Part shown: one piece after another, positions 28,039 to 38,400 of the stretch
How the letters are laid out: each line of letters opens with the position of its first letter
How positions within the stretch are numbered: the stretch's first letter is position 1
The notes under the pieces: model-generated
Told to the model about the DNA's origin: nothing
The model's input: only the letters and a program-made list of their open reading frames with translations
Databases searched by the model: none
Position numbers and translations under genes: made by a program
Assembly (NCBI GenBank): GCA_045627705.1
Contig: JAZQOE010000069.1
Span: forward strand, 1-58,728
From: Kiritimatiellia bacterium
Lineage (GTDB): Bacteria; Verrucomicrobiota; Kiritimatiellia; RFP12; JBMNHG01
Length of the DNA stretch: 58,728 nucleotides
Direction: 5' to 3'

Positions 28039-30273
28039 ATGGACATCTTCAGCCAATATGCGCCGTTCATCCAGGACTTCATCTACCGTTCCGGATGGAA
28101 AGCCCTGCGCGCCGTGCAGAACGCCGCGGGCGATGCAATCTTCAACACCGATTCAAATGTGCTTCTCACGGCATCGACCGCATCGGGAAAGACGGAAGCC
28201 GCATTCTTCCCCATACTGAGCATCCTCAATGAGCAGCCATCGGCATCTGTCGCCGTGTTGTACATTGCGCCGTTGAAGGCCCTGATCAACGACCAGTTCG
28301 GCCGGATCACGGAACTTTGCGAGGAGCAGAACATAGCGGTTACGCGCTGGCATGGCGACGCGCCGCAATCGCAGAAGCGCAAGCTTCTCCGCAATCCCGC
28401 CGGAATTCTCCAGATCACCCCGGAGTCGCTTGAGTCGCTGATGATAACCAAGCACATGGAGATCCCATCGCTCTTCCATGACTTGAAATTCATCGTGATC
28501 GACGAAATCCACTCGCTTCTGCGCGGCGACCGCGGCGGCCAGGTATTCTGCCTGATCGAGCGTCTCTGCCGCACGGCAGGCTGCAACCCGCGCCGCATCG
28601 GTCTCTCCGCCACGATCGGCAACCCGGCGGTGGCCGCGAAGTTCCTTGGAGCCGGAAGCAGACGCGAGACCCTAATCCCGAAATTCGACGGCGGAAAGGA
28701 AAAGTGGCGCCTGTCCATGGAGCATTTCTTCAACTCCGCGCCGCAAGCAGACGAAAACCGCGAAATAACCGTCGCAACGCCAGAACAGGAACCTGCCACA
28801 GACACAGCGCCAGAAGCCGCCGATCCCGGAATCGGCTACATCTTCGAACATACGCGGGGAAAGAAATGCCTCGTCTTCACAAACTCCCGCGAGGAATGCG
28901 AATCCGTATGCCAATGCCTGCGCCAATACTGCGAGGCGGCCCACGAGCCGGAACGCTTCCTGATCCATCACGGCAACCTTTCGACATCGTACCGCGAAAG
29001 CGCCGAAGAGGAGATGAAAGACGATGATTCGCTGATGAGCGTTTGCGCGACGGCGACCCTGGAACTCGGCATCGATATCGGGCGTCTCGAACGGGCGTTT
29101 CAGATCGACGCGCCCTTCACCGTTTCTGGATTCCTCCAGCGGATGGGCCGCACGGGCCGCCGGGGCGATCCATCCGAAATGTGGTTCGTAATGCGCGAGG
29201 AACATCCCGAGGCGCGCGCGATGATGCCCGAGATGATACCATGGCGCCTGATCCAGGGAATCGCTCTTGTCCAACTCTACATCGAAGAGCGTTTCGTGGA
29301 ACCGCCGCGCACGGATAGGCTCCCCTACTCCCTTCTCTATCACCAGACGATGTCCACGCTGGCGTCATGCGGCGAAATGACACCCGCCGAACTCGCCTCG
29401 CGCGTGCTGCCGCTCTCCGTATTCCACCGCATCACGGCAGATGACTTCCGCACTCTGCTTCGCCATTTGATCGAAACGGATCATGTGAACCGCACCGAAA
29501 ACGGCGGACTCATTGTCGGCATCGCCGGCGAACGAATCACCAATAGCTACAAGTTCTACGCCGTATTCCAGGAAAATATCGAATACACTGTCCGCGCCTC
29601 CTCCGAAGAACTTGGCACGATCTGCAGACCGCCGCCCGTTGGCGACAAAATTGCCATCGCCGGCCGCGTGTGGATTGTGGATGAAGTCGATCGCCAGCGC
29701 CACGAAGTCTATTGCACGCTGGTCAAAGGCAACATACCGGCATACTTCGGCGATTGCCCAGGCGACATCCACACGCGCATCCTCGAGCGTATGTACCGCG
29801 TACTAGCGGAAGACAAAGGCTATCCGTATCTCATGCCACATGCCGTCTGCCGTCTTGCCGCCGCCCGCGAGACATTCCAAAAAGCGGGTGTATGCGATCG
29901 CCCGTTGGTCAACCTTGGCGGCAAGATGTGGGCGCTGTTCCCGTGGCTTGGCACATATTCGTTCCTGGCGCTGGAGCGCTTCCTCAAGATCCGTTGCGCC
30001 AATAGGCTTGGCCTGAAAGGATTGAATCCAGCGCGGCCATACTACCTCCAGTTCACGATGCAGGTCGGCGAGGAAGAGTTTTACCAGATTGTCGCGGAAG
30101 AGGCCGCCAGGGATTTCGACCCATTGGAACTCGTCTATCCCGATGAAGTCCCGGTCTTCGAGAAGTATGATGAATTCGTTCCGCCAGAACTCGTCCGCAA
30201 AGGCTTCGCCCTCGGAGTACTCGACATCGAGGAAATGAAACAGCGGGTACTTGGACGCTTTGGGTGGAGATAG
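28039..30273 (+). CDS. sngC: DEAD/DEAH-box SF2 helicase, Lhr-like (Shango SngC-like)
   Basis: Motif I ASTASGKTEAAF, motif II VIDEIHSL, motif III LSATIGN and motif VI QRMGRTGRRG, plus a ~300-aa C-terminal extension as in Lhr-type helicases. The gene lies 15 nt downstream of the ATPase gene. Confidence 0.8.
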   Translation: MDIFSQYAPFIQDFIYRSGWKALRAVQNAAGDAIFNTDSNVLLTASTASGKTEAAFFPILSILNEQPSASVAVLYIAPLKALINDQFGRITELCEEQNIAVTRWHGDAPQSQKRKLLRNPAGILQITPESLESLMITKHMEIPSLFHDLKFIVIDEIHSLLRGDRGGQVFCLIERLCRTAGCNPRRIGLSATIGNPAVAAKFLGAGSRRETLIPKFDGGKEKWRLSMEHFFNSAPQADENREITVATPEQEPATDTAPEAADPGIGYIFEHTRGKKCLVFTNSREECESVCQCLRQYCEAAHEPERFLIHHGNLSTSYRESAEEEMKDDDSLMSVCATATLELGIDIGRLERAFQIDAPFTVSGFLQRMGRTGRRGDPSEMWFVMREEHPEARAMMPEMIPWRLIQGIALVQLYIEERFVEPPRTDRLPYSLLYHQTMSTLASCGEMTPAELASRVLPLSVFHRITADDFRTLLRHLIETDHVNRTENGGLIVGIAGERITNSYKFYAVFQENIEYTVRASSEELGTICRPPPVGDKIAIAGRVWIVDEVDRQRHEVYCTLVKGNIPAYFGDCPGDIHTRILERMYRVLAEDKGYPYLMPHAVCRLAAARETFQKAGVCDRPLVNLGGKMWALFPWLGTYSFLALERFLKIRCANRLGLKGLNPARPYYLQFTMQVGEEEFYQIVAEEAARDFDPLELVYPDEVPVFEKYDEFVPPELVRKGFALGVLDIEEMKQRVLGRFGWR

Positions 30274-30391
30274 CAGCGAACAAATAACATGTTACTTTTC
30301 CCCTCTAAAACAGTATAATAACCACATTCTTGTACGCATCTTGGAATGCGACAGTTCCACCCTTTTTCACCACAATTAATCAGGAAAACGA

Positions 30392-33300
30392 ATGAAGAAA
30401 TCTTCACCCGTGGTTATCGCCTCGTCACTCCTTGTAGTCCTCCTTGCGATCAATGCCATACTGCTTGCGACACGCAAGCCGACAACAACCCATGACGGTG
30501 TTTCGGGCAACGCAACAACGCCGTCAGTGGAGACGAACGCAGCAGCCAACGCATCAGCGCCAGCAGGCACTCCTTCTCCAATAACGACTCAACCCTTCAC
30601 TGTCGAAGGCACGGCGGTTGACAGACAGGACAACTCCATCGAAATCACCTTTTCGGGTATTTCCGGAGACATAGTCACTCCCGAAGGTTATCCCGGCATC
30701 TCCGTTTCGCCCACGGTTGCTGGCAAGATCGAACTAAAACAGTGGACTAAATACAATGGCAGGAGGGTGCTCAACATCGAGGGCGCCTTTCAACCAGAGG
30801 TCACGTACAGCGTGCGAATCCCCGCAGGGCTTACCGATTCCGCGAGCAACAAGCTCAGTCGCGCGGTGGCACTCTCGGTGCGCATTCCACCCAAGCCCAC
30901 GGAGATCGATTTCCATCTTTCCGGCCTCTACATGCAAAGCAAGGGTGCCAGGAAAATCCCCATTCGACTCACCAATGCGTCGAGGGTCGAGTTCACGCTT
31001 CAAAAGCACTATGACAACAATCTGAATGTCTCATTCCACCCCTGGTACTGTTACGGCGAGAACTCCCACTGGGATTCCGAGATGCTTGTCGATGTCGCAA
31101 GCATGCAAAAGACATTCAACATCCCGCGCAACAAGCAAGTCGATGCAACAATCGACCTGCGGGAACTCTTCGGCGACATCCCATGCGGCATATACAGACT
31201 TCTCGCCAAGCCAAAGGGTGCCGACAACCACTGGTATTCCGCAAGCACATGGTTCGCGATTTCCGATATTGCGGTCCAAGCCGTCATCGATGCAAACGGG
31301 CGCAAGGCTTCAGTCTTTGCGCGCACGATTTCCGATGACACTCCTGTGGCCAATGCCGATGTCCGCATTTTCAGCACCAAGAACCAAGTCATCGCAGAAG
31401 GCAGGACAGACGCCAATGGCTGCGCCATGCTCAGGTTCATGCCGAAGTACAACCTTTCCGTCGATGAGCCGAAGAGCGTAATTGTCGCTACCGATACGGA
31501 CATGACCTTCGAAATGCTATCCGACGGATATCGGTCCGACAGCAACCTGCATCCAAAGCTTGCGAACGCGCGCACGTACGCCAACCACCCCGAAGCACTC
31601 ATGTTCGCGGAGCGCGGCATATACCGTCCAGGCGAAACGATCTTCGCCTCGACATTCGTCCGCAAGATCGAAGCCGGCGCCACGCGCGCCGTGTCAGGCT
31701 CGCCAATCGTGTTCGTCCTGTGCGATCCGATGGACAATGAAGTCGGGCGCGTGGCGGCGACTACCGATGCGCATGGCTTCGCCGAGGCGTCTTTCAAACT
31801 AGGCCAGGACGCAAAGACCGGCAGTTATTCGATAATTTGCCGTCCAGCCGACCAAGTCCAATGGGGAAGAACCAAAGTCCTTGTGAGCGCTTTCGTTCCG
31901 GACCGCATCAAGGCTGCGCTAAAATCCGACATAGCCCCTAGAACCGCGGTTTCCCCCGATGACGCCATCAAGTACACGACCTCGGCAAACTACTATTTCG
32001 GCACGCCTGTCGAAAGTTTCGACTTTGATTTTTCCGCCGTGTTGGAGCCGATGCCCACCCTTCCCGAGCACATGAAGGGCTGGAAGATTGGTGAAAGCGC
32101 CAACACCCGCCTTGAAATCGATAGGTCCACGGGCAAGGGATCGAACCAGATGGAAATCGAAATCGGCGGCCTGGACAGATTCGTCGGCAAAGCCTTTTCG
32201 CCGCAACTAATCAAGGCATGGAATGACGTATCTGAAATCGGCGGACGCGCCGTGACGGCATTTGGCCCGAGCATTCCATTTCACCCTACCCCGTCATACA
32301 TCGGGCTGCGCCATGTCGATGGCGGGCAAGGTGGCGACGTTGTCGAGCTTGCGCTAGTCCCGGCAATAGCGGGCGATGCCGTGAAACCGCTTCCCGTCAA
32401 CGTCGCGCTCGTGCGCAAGGAATGGGAGTTCGAGTTCTATGAGGACAGAAACAAGACACGCCGCCGCTGGGTCGAGAAATCAATCGACATCCCGACTTTC
32501 AACCGTGAGCTAACCGCTACTGGCGACATCGCGAAACTTTCGCTGAATGATCTGCCATTCGGCCGCTACGAACTTGTCGCGACAGCCCAGGACCGCAAGA
32601 ACAGGCTTGAGTTCTGGCATGATGCCGGCGAAGGAGGAATCCGTTCCGGCGACCCGAATGTCGTCGAGTTCAAGCTCGACGCCGAATCCTACAAGCCGGG
32701 CGATGTCGCCCGGATCACGTTCGAGTCGATTGGCGCCGGCGAAGCATTCATCGTCTGCGGCGAAAGCGCAATTGACGCCAACACATCCTTCAAGGTCAAG
32801 GCGGGGACAAACGCATTCGACTTCCAAGTCCCGCCATCGATCGTCGGCAATGCGTATCACTTCGGCGTGACAATCGTCTCCCGCGATATCAACAACATCC
32901 TGCAGCGTCAATTCGGCCTGCTGTCGCTCGCCATCGACCAATCGCGGTTCGGAATGTCGGTTGCCCTTGACGCGCCGGAAAAGACCGAACCCAAATCGGA
33001 AATCGAGGTCAAAGTCCATCTTCGCGATAGCAATGGGGCGCCCGTGTCCGGACTCGTCCGCCTCTACGCCGTCGATGAGGGCATACTCTCCCTTACGAAA
33101 TACGCGACTCCCGATCCCCTCGCCTTCTTCCATTGCGGGCGTTTTTGCGAGTTCAAGTTCTTCGACCTCTACGACGATATCATACCGGAACTGGCAATCA
33201 CTCCCGACCGGCAAATCGGCGGCGACGCATTCATCTCGGCGGCCAACCGTTCGAAGATTGACAACATGGAATCGGCCGTAGTCGTTTCAGCCCCAATCGA

Positions 33301-35344
33301 AGTCGGCGATACCGGCGATGCCGCCATCACGCTCAAGCTTCCCAACCACACGGGCGAACTCCGCATAATGGCAGTCGCCGCTGGCGAGAGGCTCCTAGGT
33401 TCTGCCCAACGCCCGCTCGTCATGCGGGATGTCGCAACCGCCACGGCTTCCGCGCCTCGAGCCGTCGCCCCCGATGACGAATTCGACGTTACATGCAAGC
33501 TCTTCAACCATGAGTGCGAAGACGGACGTTTCGCCTTCGCCCTTTCCCTTCCCGATGGTATCGCGCCCGCCTACGATGCCGCGAAACTTTCCTGGAGCGG
33601 CAATCTCCAGCGTGGCTCATCCTCGAACATCGTTGTGAGGATGCGCGCCGGCGATGCCTCCACCTTCCGCAATCTCTCCATCACCAATACGCTTGCGATC
33701 GACGGGCACTCGTTCCTCGGCGAGACATACGTGACAATCCGTCCTCTTAATCCGCCGATGACAGCCTCAAAGACAATCAGGATCAATCCATCCGAAGAGA
33801 TTGCCATCAACTCAAACCCCGACGACTGGCAGGGCGACACGGCTTCGACAATCGAAGTCCTTGCGCATCCCGCCACCGGCTTGCGCGATGCCGCCACATG
33901 GCTCAACGGCTATCCATACGGATGCCTCGAGCAAACCACATCGTCAGTATTCCCCCTCCTTGCAGCGGACAGTCTGGCCAAGGCCGGATTGATCGACCCG
34001 GAAATCGCGCAAACCGCAAAAGAAAAGATCGCCGCGGGAATCGTGCGCATCAAGTCGATGCAACTTGCCGATGGCAGTTTCGCGATGTGGCCAGGCGCCG
34101 ACTACAGCGCCGACGGCTACGTCGTCCTCTACGCTGCGCACTTCCTGATCGAAGCGCATCGCCATGGATTCTCGCCAAATGGCATTGACGGATCCGTGGC
34201 CAACTACATCAGGAAGACCTTCATCGACAGCACTGTCAACCATGCGGATTCCGGAAACAGCGATGTCGCCGACACTTTCCTCGCGGACTTCGAACAAGCA
34301 TACGCCGCATATCTGCTAGTCCTTGCGGGCAAGGGCGAAAACGTTGTCGCCACGCTTAGGAATCTCATGATCGGCGAAGGCGACAACCTGAGCTGCTACA
34401 AGGTTCTCGCCGCGACCGCCCTCGCAAAGGCGGGATACGCGGGAGAAGCCGCTGCCGTCCTTCGTACGCTCGTGAATTCCGATGACATGCCGATCAGCGA
34501 CTTGCCGCGTGGCTGCCATCTTTCGTACATGGATCAGACTTCCATCATGGGTCTCATCCTCAATGCGACAATGGAAGTGCTCCCCGACCCAGCGACCGCG
34601 ACCCGTCTTGCAGGCTACATCGCATCGCGCCAGCGTGCCGACGACTCGGCATGGGGAACGCCTCACGCAAACGCCTGGGCCATGCTCGGACTCGCCCGCT
34701 ACTGCGCCATCTGCAAGCCTGGCGATGTTGACTTCGCAATCAAGGCGAATGGGCGGGAATCACAGCGCATAACCCTGCCTGCGACTGGCGACAAGCATTC
34801 CTTCGCCGCGCAACTCGGCAATGGAGGCACCGTTCTCCATAACTACGGACAGGCGCCGATTTTCGCCGTGCTGCGCACGCGCGGCATTCCGCGCAATCCT
34901 CCTGCGACTGGCGGCAACGTTAAGATAAAGCGCGAAATATTCGACGAAGGCGGCAAACTTGTCAGCGGGACAGTCGCGCACGGCGATCTGCTCGAGGTCC
35001 GCATTTCAATCGAGAATGAAATGGAACTCGACGAGGCGATCCTCTGCGACATCCTGCCCGGTGGTTTGGAAATCGAAGACGAACGTCTCGCGACACGGGC
35101 GAACGCCATGACTCGTTCCGATAAGTCGAAGATGGACGGCATCCATGCCGCCTGCATCGAACGCGGCGACGACCGGTTCCTGCTCTTTGCGGATATCGAG
35201 CCTGGCAAGCACTCGGTATCATACCGCGTCCGCGCCGTCACTCCCGGCCGCTACACCACGGCGCCAGTCCGAATCGAGTGCATGTACAATCCCGATATCA
35301 CGGGTACATTCTACGATGGCATGGATATCGCTGTTGAACGATAA
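30392..35344 (+). CDS. Bacterial alpha-2-macroglobulin family protein (YfhM/ECAM-like) with thioester motif
   Basis: 1650 aa, the same size class as E. coli YfhM. N-terminal membrane anchor MKKSSPVVIASSLLVVLLAINAILLA. GYPYGCLEQTTSS is the thioester site. The body is a repetitive MG-domain-like beta-rich sequence. Confidence 0.85.
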   Translation: MKKSSPVVIASSLLVVLLAINAILLATRKPTTTHDGVSGNATTPSVETNAAANASAPAGTPSPITTQPFTVEGTAVDRQDNSIEITFSGISGDIVTPEGYPGISVSPTVAGKIELKQWTKYNGRRVLNIEGAFQPEVTYSVRIPAGLTDSASNKLSRAVALSVRIPPKPTEIDFHLSGLYMQSKGARKIPIRLTNASRVEFTLQKHYDNNLNVSFHPWYCYGENSHWDSEMLVDVASMQKTFNIPRNKQVDATIDLRELFGDIPCGIYRLLAKPKGADNHWYSASTWFAISDIAVQAVIDANGRKASVFARTISDDTPVANADVRIFSTKNQVIAEGRTDANGCAMLRFMPKYNLSVDEPKSVIVATDTDMTFEMLSDGYRSDSNLHPKLANARTYANHPEALMFAERGIYRPGETIFASTFVRKIEAGATRAVSGSPIVFVLCDPMDNEVGRVAATTDAHGFAEASFKLGQDAKTGSYSIICRPADQVQWGRTKVLVSAFVPDRIKAALKSDIAPRTAVSPDDAIKYTTSANYYFGTPVESFDFDFSAVLEPMPTLPEHMKGWKIGESANTRLEIDRSTGKGSNQMEIEIGGLDRFVGKAFSPQLIKAWNDVSEIGGRAVTAFGPSIPFHPTPSYIGLRHVDGGQGGDVVELALVPAIAGDAVKPLPVNVALVRKEWEFEFYEDRNKTRRRWVEKSIDIPTFNRELTATGDIAKLSLNDLPFGRYELVATAQDRKNRLEFWHDAGEGGIRSGDPNVVEFKLDAESYKPGDVARITFESIGAGEAFIVCGESAIDANTSFKVKAGTNAFDFQVPPSIVGNAYHFGVTIVSRDINNILQRQFGLLSLAIDQSRFGMSVALDAPEKTEPKSEIEVKVHLRDSNGAPVSGLVRLYAVDEGILSLTKYATPDPLAFFHCGRFCEFKFFDLYDDIIPELAITPDRQIGGDAFISAANRSKIDNMESAVVVSAPIEVGDTGDAAITLKLPNHTGELRIMAVAAGERLLGSAQRPLVMRDVATATASAPRAVAPDDEFDVTCKLFNHECEDGRFAFALSLPDGIAPAYDAAKLSWSGNLQRGSSSNIVVRMRAGDASTFRNLSITNTLAIDGHSFLGETYVTIRPLNPPMTASKTIRINPSEEIAINSNPDDWQGDTASTIEVLAHPATGLRDAATWLNGYPYGCLEQTTSSVFPLLAADSLAKAGLIDPEIAQTAKEKIAAGIVRIKSMQLADGSFAMWPGADYSADGYVVLYAAHFLIEAHRHGFSPNGIDGSVANYIRKTFIDSTVNHADSGNSDVADTFLADFEQAYAAYLLVLAGKGENVVATLRNLMIGEGDNLSCYKVLAATALAKAGYAGEAAAVLRTLVNSDDMPISDLPRGCHLSYMDQTSIMGLILNATMEVLPDPATATRLAGYIASRQRADDSAWGTPHANAWAMLGLARYCAICKPGDVDFAIKANGRESQRITLPATGDKHSFAAQLGNGGTVLHNYGQAPIFAVLRTRGIPRNPPATGGNVKIKREIFDEGGKLVSGTVAHGDLLEVRISIENEMELDEAILCDILPGGLEIEDERLATRANAMTRSDKSKMDGIHAACIERGDDRFLLFADIEPGKHSVSYRVRAVTPGRYTTAPVRIECMYNPDITGTFYDGMDIAVER
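33923..33934 (+). other. CLEQ thioester-forming motif codons of the alpha-2-macroglobulin
   Basis: tgc ctc gag caa, in frame with the ORF starting at 30392, within GYPYGCLEQTTS. Confidence 0.8.
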
Positions 35345-35445
35345 CCATCGCGCGAGGCGCCGTCCGCCTATTGTTTCATTTCCGCATTCGTTGCGAAATC
35401 GCAACCGTACAAATCAAGCATGATCAAAAAGAAAGTTCTCATCCC

Positions 35446-38400
35446 ATGACAAAGCGTTTCGTTGTTTCCGCCGCATTGGCCGCGGCCGCTGTCATTCCAG
35501 TGTTCGCGACCGAGACTGAACACACGCAGTTCAAACTGTTCCGCGCGCCTGGCCCCGTGACGATCGACGGCAAGTTCGACGACTGGGACCTCACCGGCTC
35601 GATGCTGATCTGCTCGGATGTCGAGAACTACCGCGACCAGTATGCGTCGTGGCAGTGCGCGATGTACGATGACGACAACCTCTACCTCCTCTCCCGCTGG
35701 ATTGATCCGACACCGCTCAACAATCCCGGCATCGTTGGAGCGGACATGGGGTTCCAGGGCGACTGCCTCCAGGTCCGTGTCATCGTTGACTCCACGGGCG
35801 AAGCGAAGGAACGCGAGTCGAAGACCGAAAAACTCTGCCACATCGACGCCTGGCGCGGGCGCGACGGGCGCGATGTCGTCTCTGCCGGCTGCGGCCGCAA
35901 TTTCAAGCAGCCTGGCTACAAGAACATGCTCGAACTCGGCGCGAAGCAGGCCTTCGCCGTGAATGCCGACAATTCCGGCTACACCCAGGAACTTTCGATT
36001 CCATGGAAACTTCTTTCCCCCGATGAAGGATACCGTCCGACAATGGGCGACACGCTTCTCATGACCTACGAACCGAACTTCGGCACGTCATCGAAACTCC
36101 GTATTTCGACGAAAGACCTGTTCCGTCCGAATGTCACCCCGGACCGCGTCTTCGCCTTCCGCGCATTCACGTCTTGGGGCTTCGTGAAACTCCTTGGCGA
36201 AAGCGACCGCACTCCAATGCCCGTCCGACTTGCCGACGGCCGCACATTCCCGGTGAAGCTGAATGATGAGGGCGTTCCAGAAGTCGATTGGAATGGCCTC
36301 TACGTCGAAAATGAAATCGAAGGATTCAAGCCGATTTCATTCGAGATGCCCGAAGATGGCTTTGTGTCGCTCGTGATCCGCGACTCGAATGGCTATGTCG
36401 TGCGCAACCTCCTGAACGCCGAGTTCATGACCAAGGGCACCCATGAGATTCCGTGGGACGGTCTTACGACAACCAGCGGCAAAACCTACGGCGAACCCGT
36501 CGCCGCTGGCGAATACACCTGGGAGGCCATCTGGCGCAAGGCCCTCGACCTTAAGCTTGTCGGCTGGGCCGCGAACGCCGGTTCTTCGCCCTTCAACAGC
36601 CCAGGCGGCAACTGGGGCGGCGATCAGGGCAATCCGAATGCGGTGGACTGCGATTCAAAGCGCGTATTCCTTGGCTGGACAGGCTCGGAAGCGGGGCGCG
36701 CAGTTGTCTGCGTGAACTACGATGGCAAGGTCCAGTGGCGTCACAAGCGCGGCGGTTTCGGCGGCGCTTCGCTTCTCGCAGTCAATGGCGCAGTGTTGTT
36801 CGTTTACGATGCCGGACAGGAAAACGCCATCTATCGTCTCGACTCAATGAAGGGCGAATACGTTAATTTCGAAGGTCGCGACACGGCGGTTCTGCCGCTT
36901 GACCCAATTCTCGAGCCGTATGCGCCGGAGGTCGATGGCGAACGCGCGAAAGTCGAATTGAGCGGGATGACCGCTATCGGCGGAAAGCTGTTCCTCAGTG
37001 TCGGTCCCAGCAAGGCTCGCTGGCATTCCGAGCAACCGTCCGCGGATGTCGTCATAGCGCTCGACGCTGCGACAGGCGACAAGGTCGGCGAGTTACGCGT
37101 GAAGAATCCGCTCGATATCAAGGCTGGCGCCGATGGCAGGCTGTACCTCCTTGCCGATGGCGTGGTGAGCGTTGTCGATCCGGCCACGCTCTCCATGGCC
37201 AAGGTCGTCGATGGCCTCGGCGAAGAAGCGCGCTCAGTCGCAGCCGATGCCGATGGCAACGTCTATGTGGGTTGCGGCGCACCATCGAAACAGATCAAGG
37301 TCTTCGGCGCTGATGGCAAGCAGACACGTTCAATCGGCCGCGAGGGTGGCCGCGCATTGGTTGGCAAGTGGCAGAAGGACGGCTTCCATGCGCTCGCCGG
37401 GATGCGGATCGATGGCAAGGGGCGTCTCTGGGTCGCCGAGTGCGACGACAAGCCACGCCGCTTCACGATGTGGGATGCGGCTTCCGGCGAATTGCTCCGT
37501 GAATTCTTCGGTCCTACCCACTATGGCGCAGGCGGCGGAGCCATTTGTCCGTCCGACCCATACACTATGGTCGGCCTAAACTGCGAGTGGAAGATTGATC
37601 CCGAGACTGGACGTGACGAGTGCGTTGCAGTCATCTCCCGCGGCGCATGGGGATCGGCGCGCTTTGGCGAAAGCCCAGACGGACGCGTCTATCTCGCCGT
37701 CGGTGGTGGCCGCGCCGGGAAATCCGTTGAAATCTACGAGCGCCTCGACGCAGGCGAATGGGTGCTTCGCACCATTATCGGGCGGCCCACGGGCGAAGTC
37801 GCAAACGCAAACACGCCTCCAAAGGGCCTGCGTGTCTGGGCCGACCGCAACGGCGACCAGAAGGAACAGCCAGAGGAGGTCCAGGAAAAGCTCATTGGCG
37901 ACATCGCGGGATGGATCGATGGCTGGTACATGCCTATGAACCAGAATCTCACCTTCGGCGGCGGCAACTACATCATCGCCGTCACGGGATGGACGGAGTG
38001 CGGCGCACCCGAATACGACATCGAGAAGCTCCAGCGCCTGCCAGACAGCGCAGTCGCCGCATCCGCATACCGCGGCGGCATGGGCGCCCAGCGCTGCATC
38101 ATTTCCCAGGATGGGCGCTACGTGATCTACAATGCCCGCTATGGCGTCGATAACAGCGACATGCCATGCTTCGAGATTCCGTCTGGACGCAAGGTCGCGG
38201 CCTATCCGAGCAACTATGTCGGTGTGCATGGAGGCCACCGTGCGCCGCCCGCCGTGCAGGGCATGATCCGCGCGGCATACGACTATGTCGGCACGATCAC
38301 CATGCCGGCGCCGCTTGGCAACATCTTCTTCATCGGCACCGACAAGGGCGAATGGCACATCATCAACGATGCGGGATACTACATCGGCAAACTCTTCGAG

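Noticed and set aside
26692-30273. A BREX type 2/Pgl system, because the ATPase resembles BrxD and the helicase resembles BrxHI (Lhr-like).
   Set aside because: No PglZ, PglX methyltransferase, PglW kinase or BrxA/B/C-like genes occur anywhere in the window. The partner gene is a TerB-N/TerB-C protein, which fits the separate three-gene (Shango-type) architecture.
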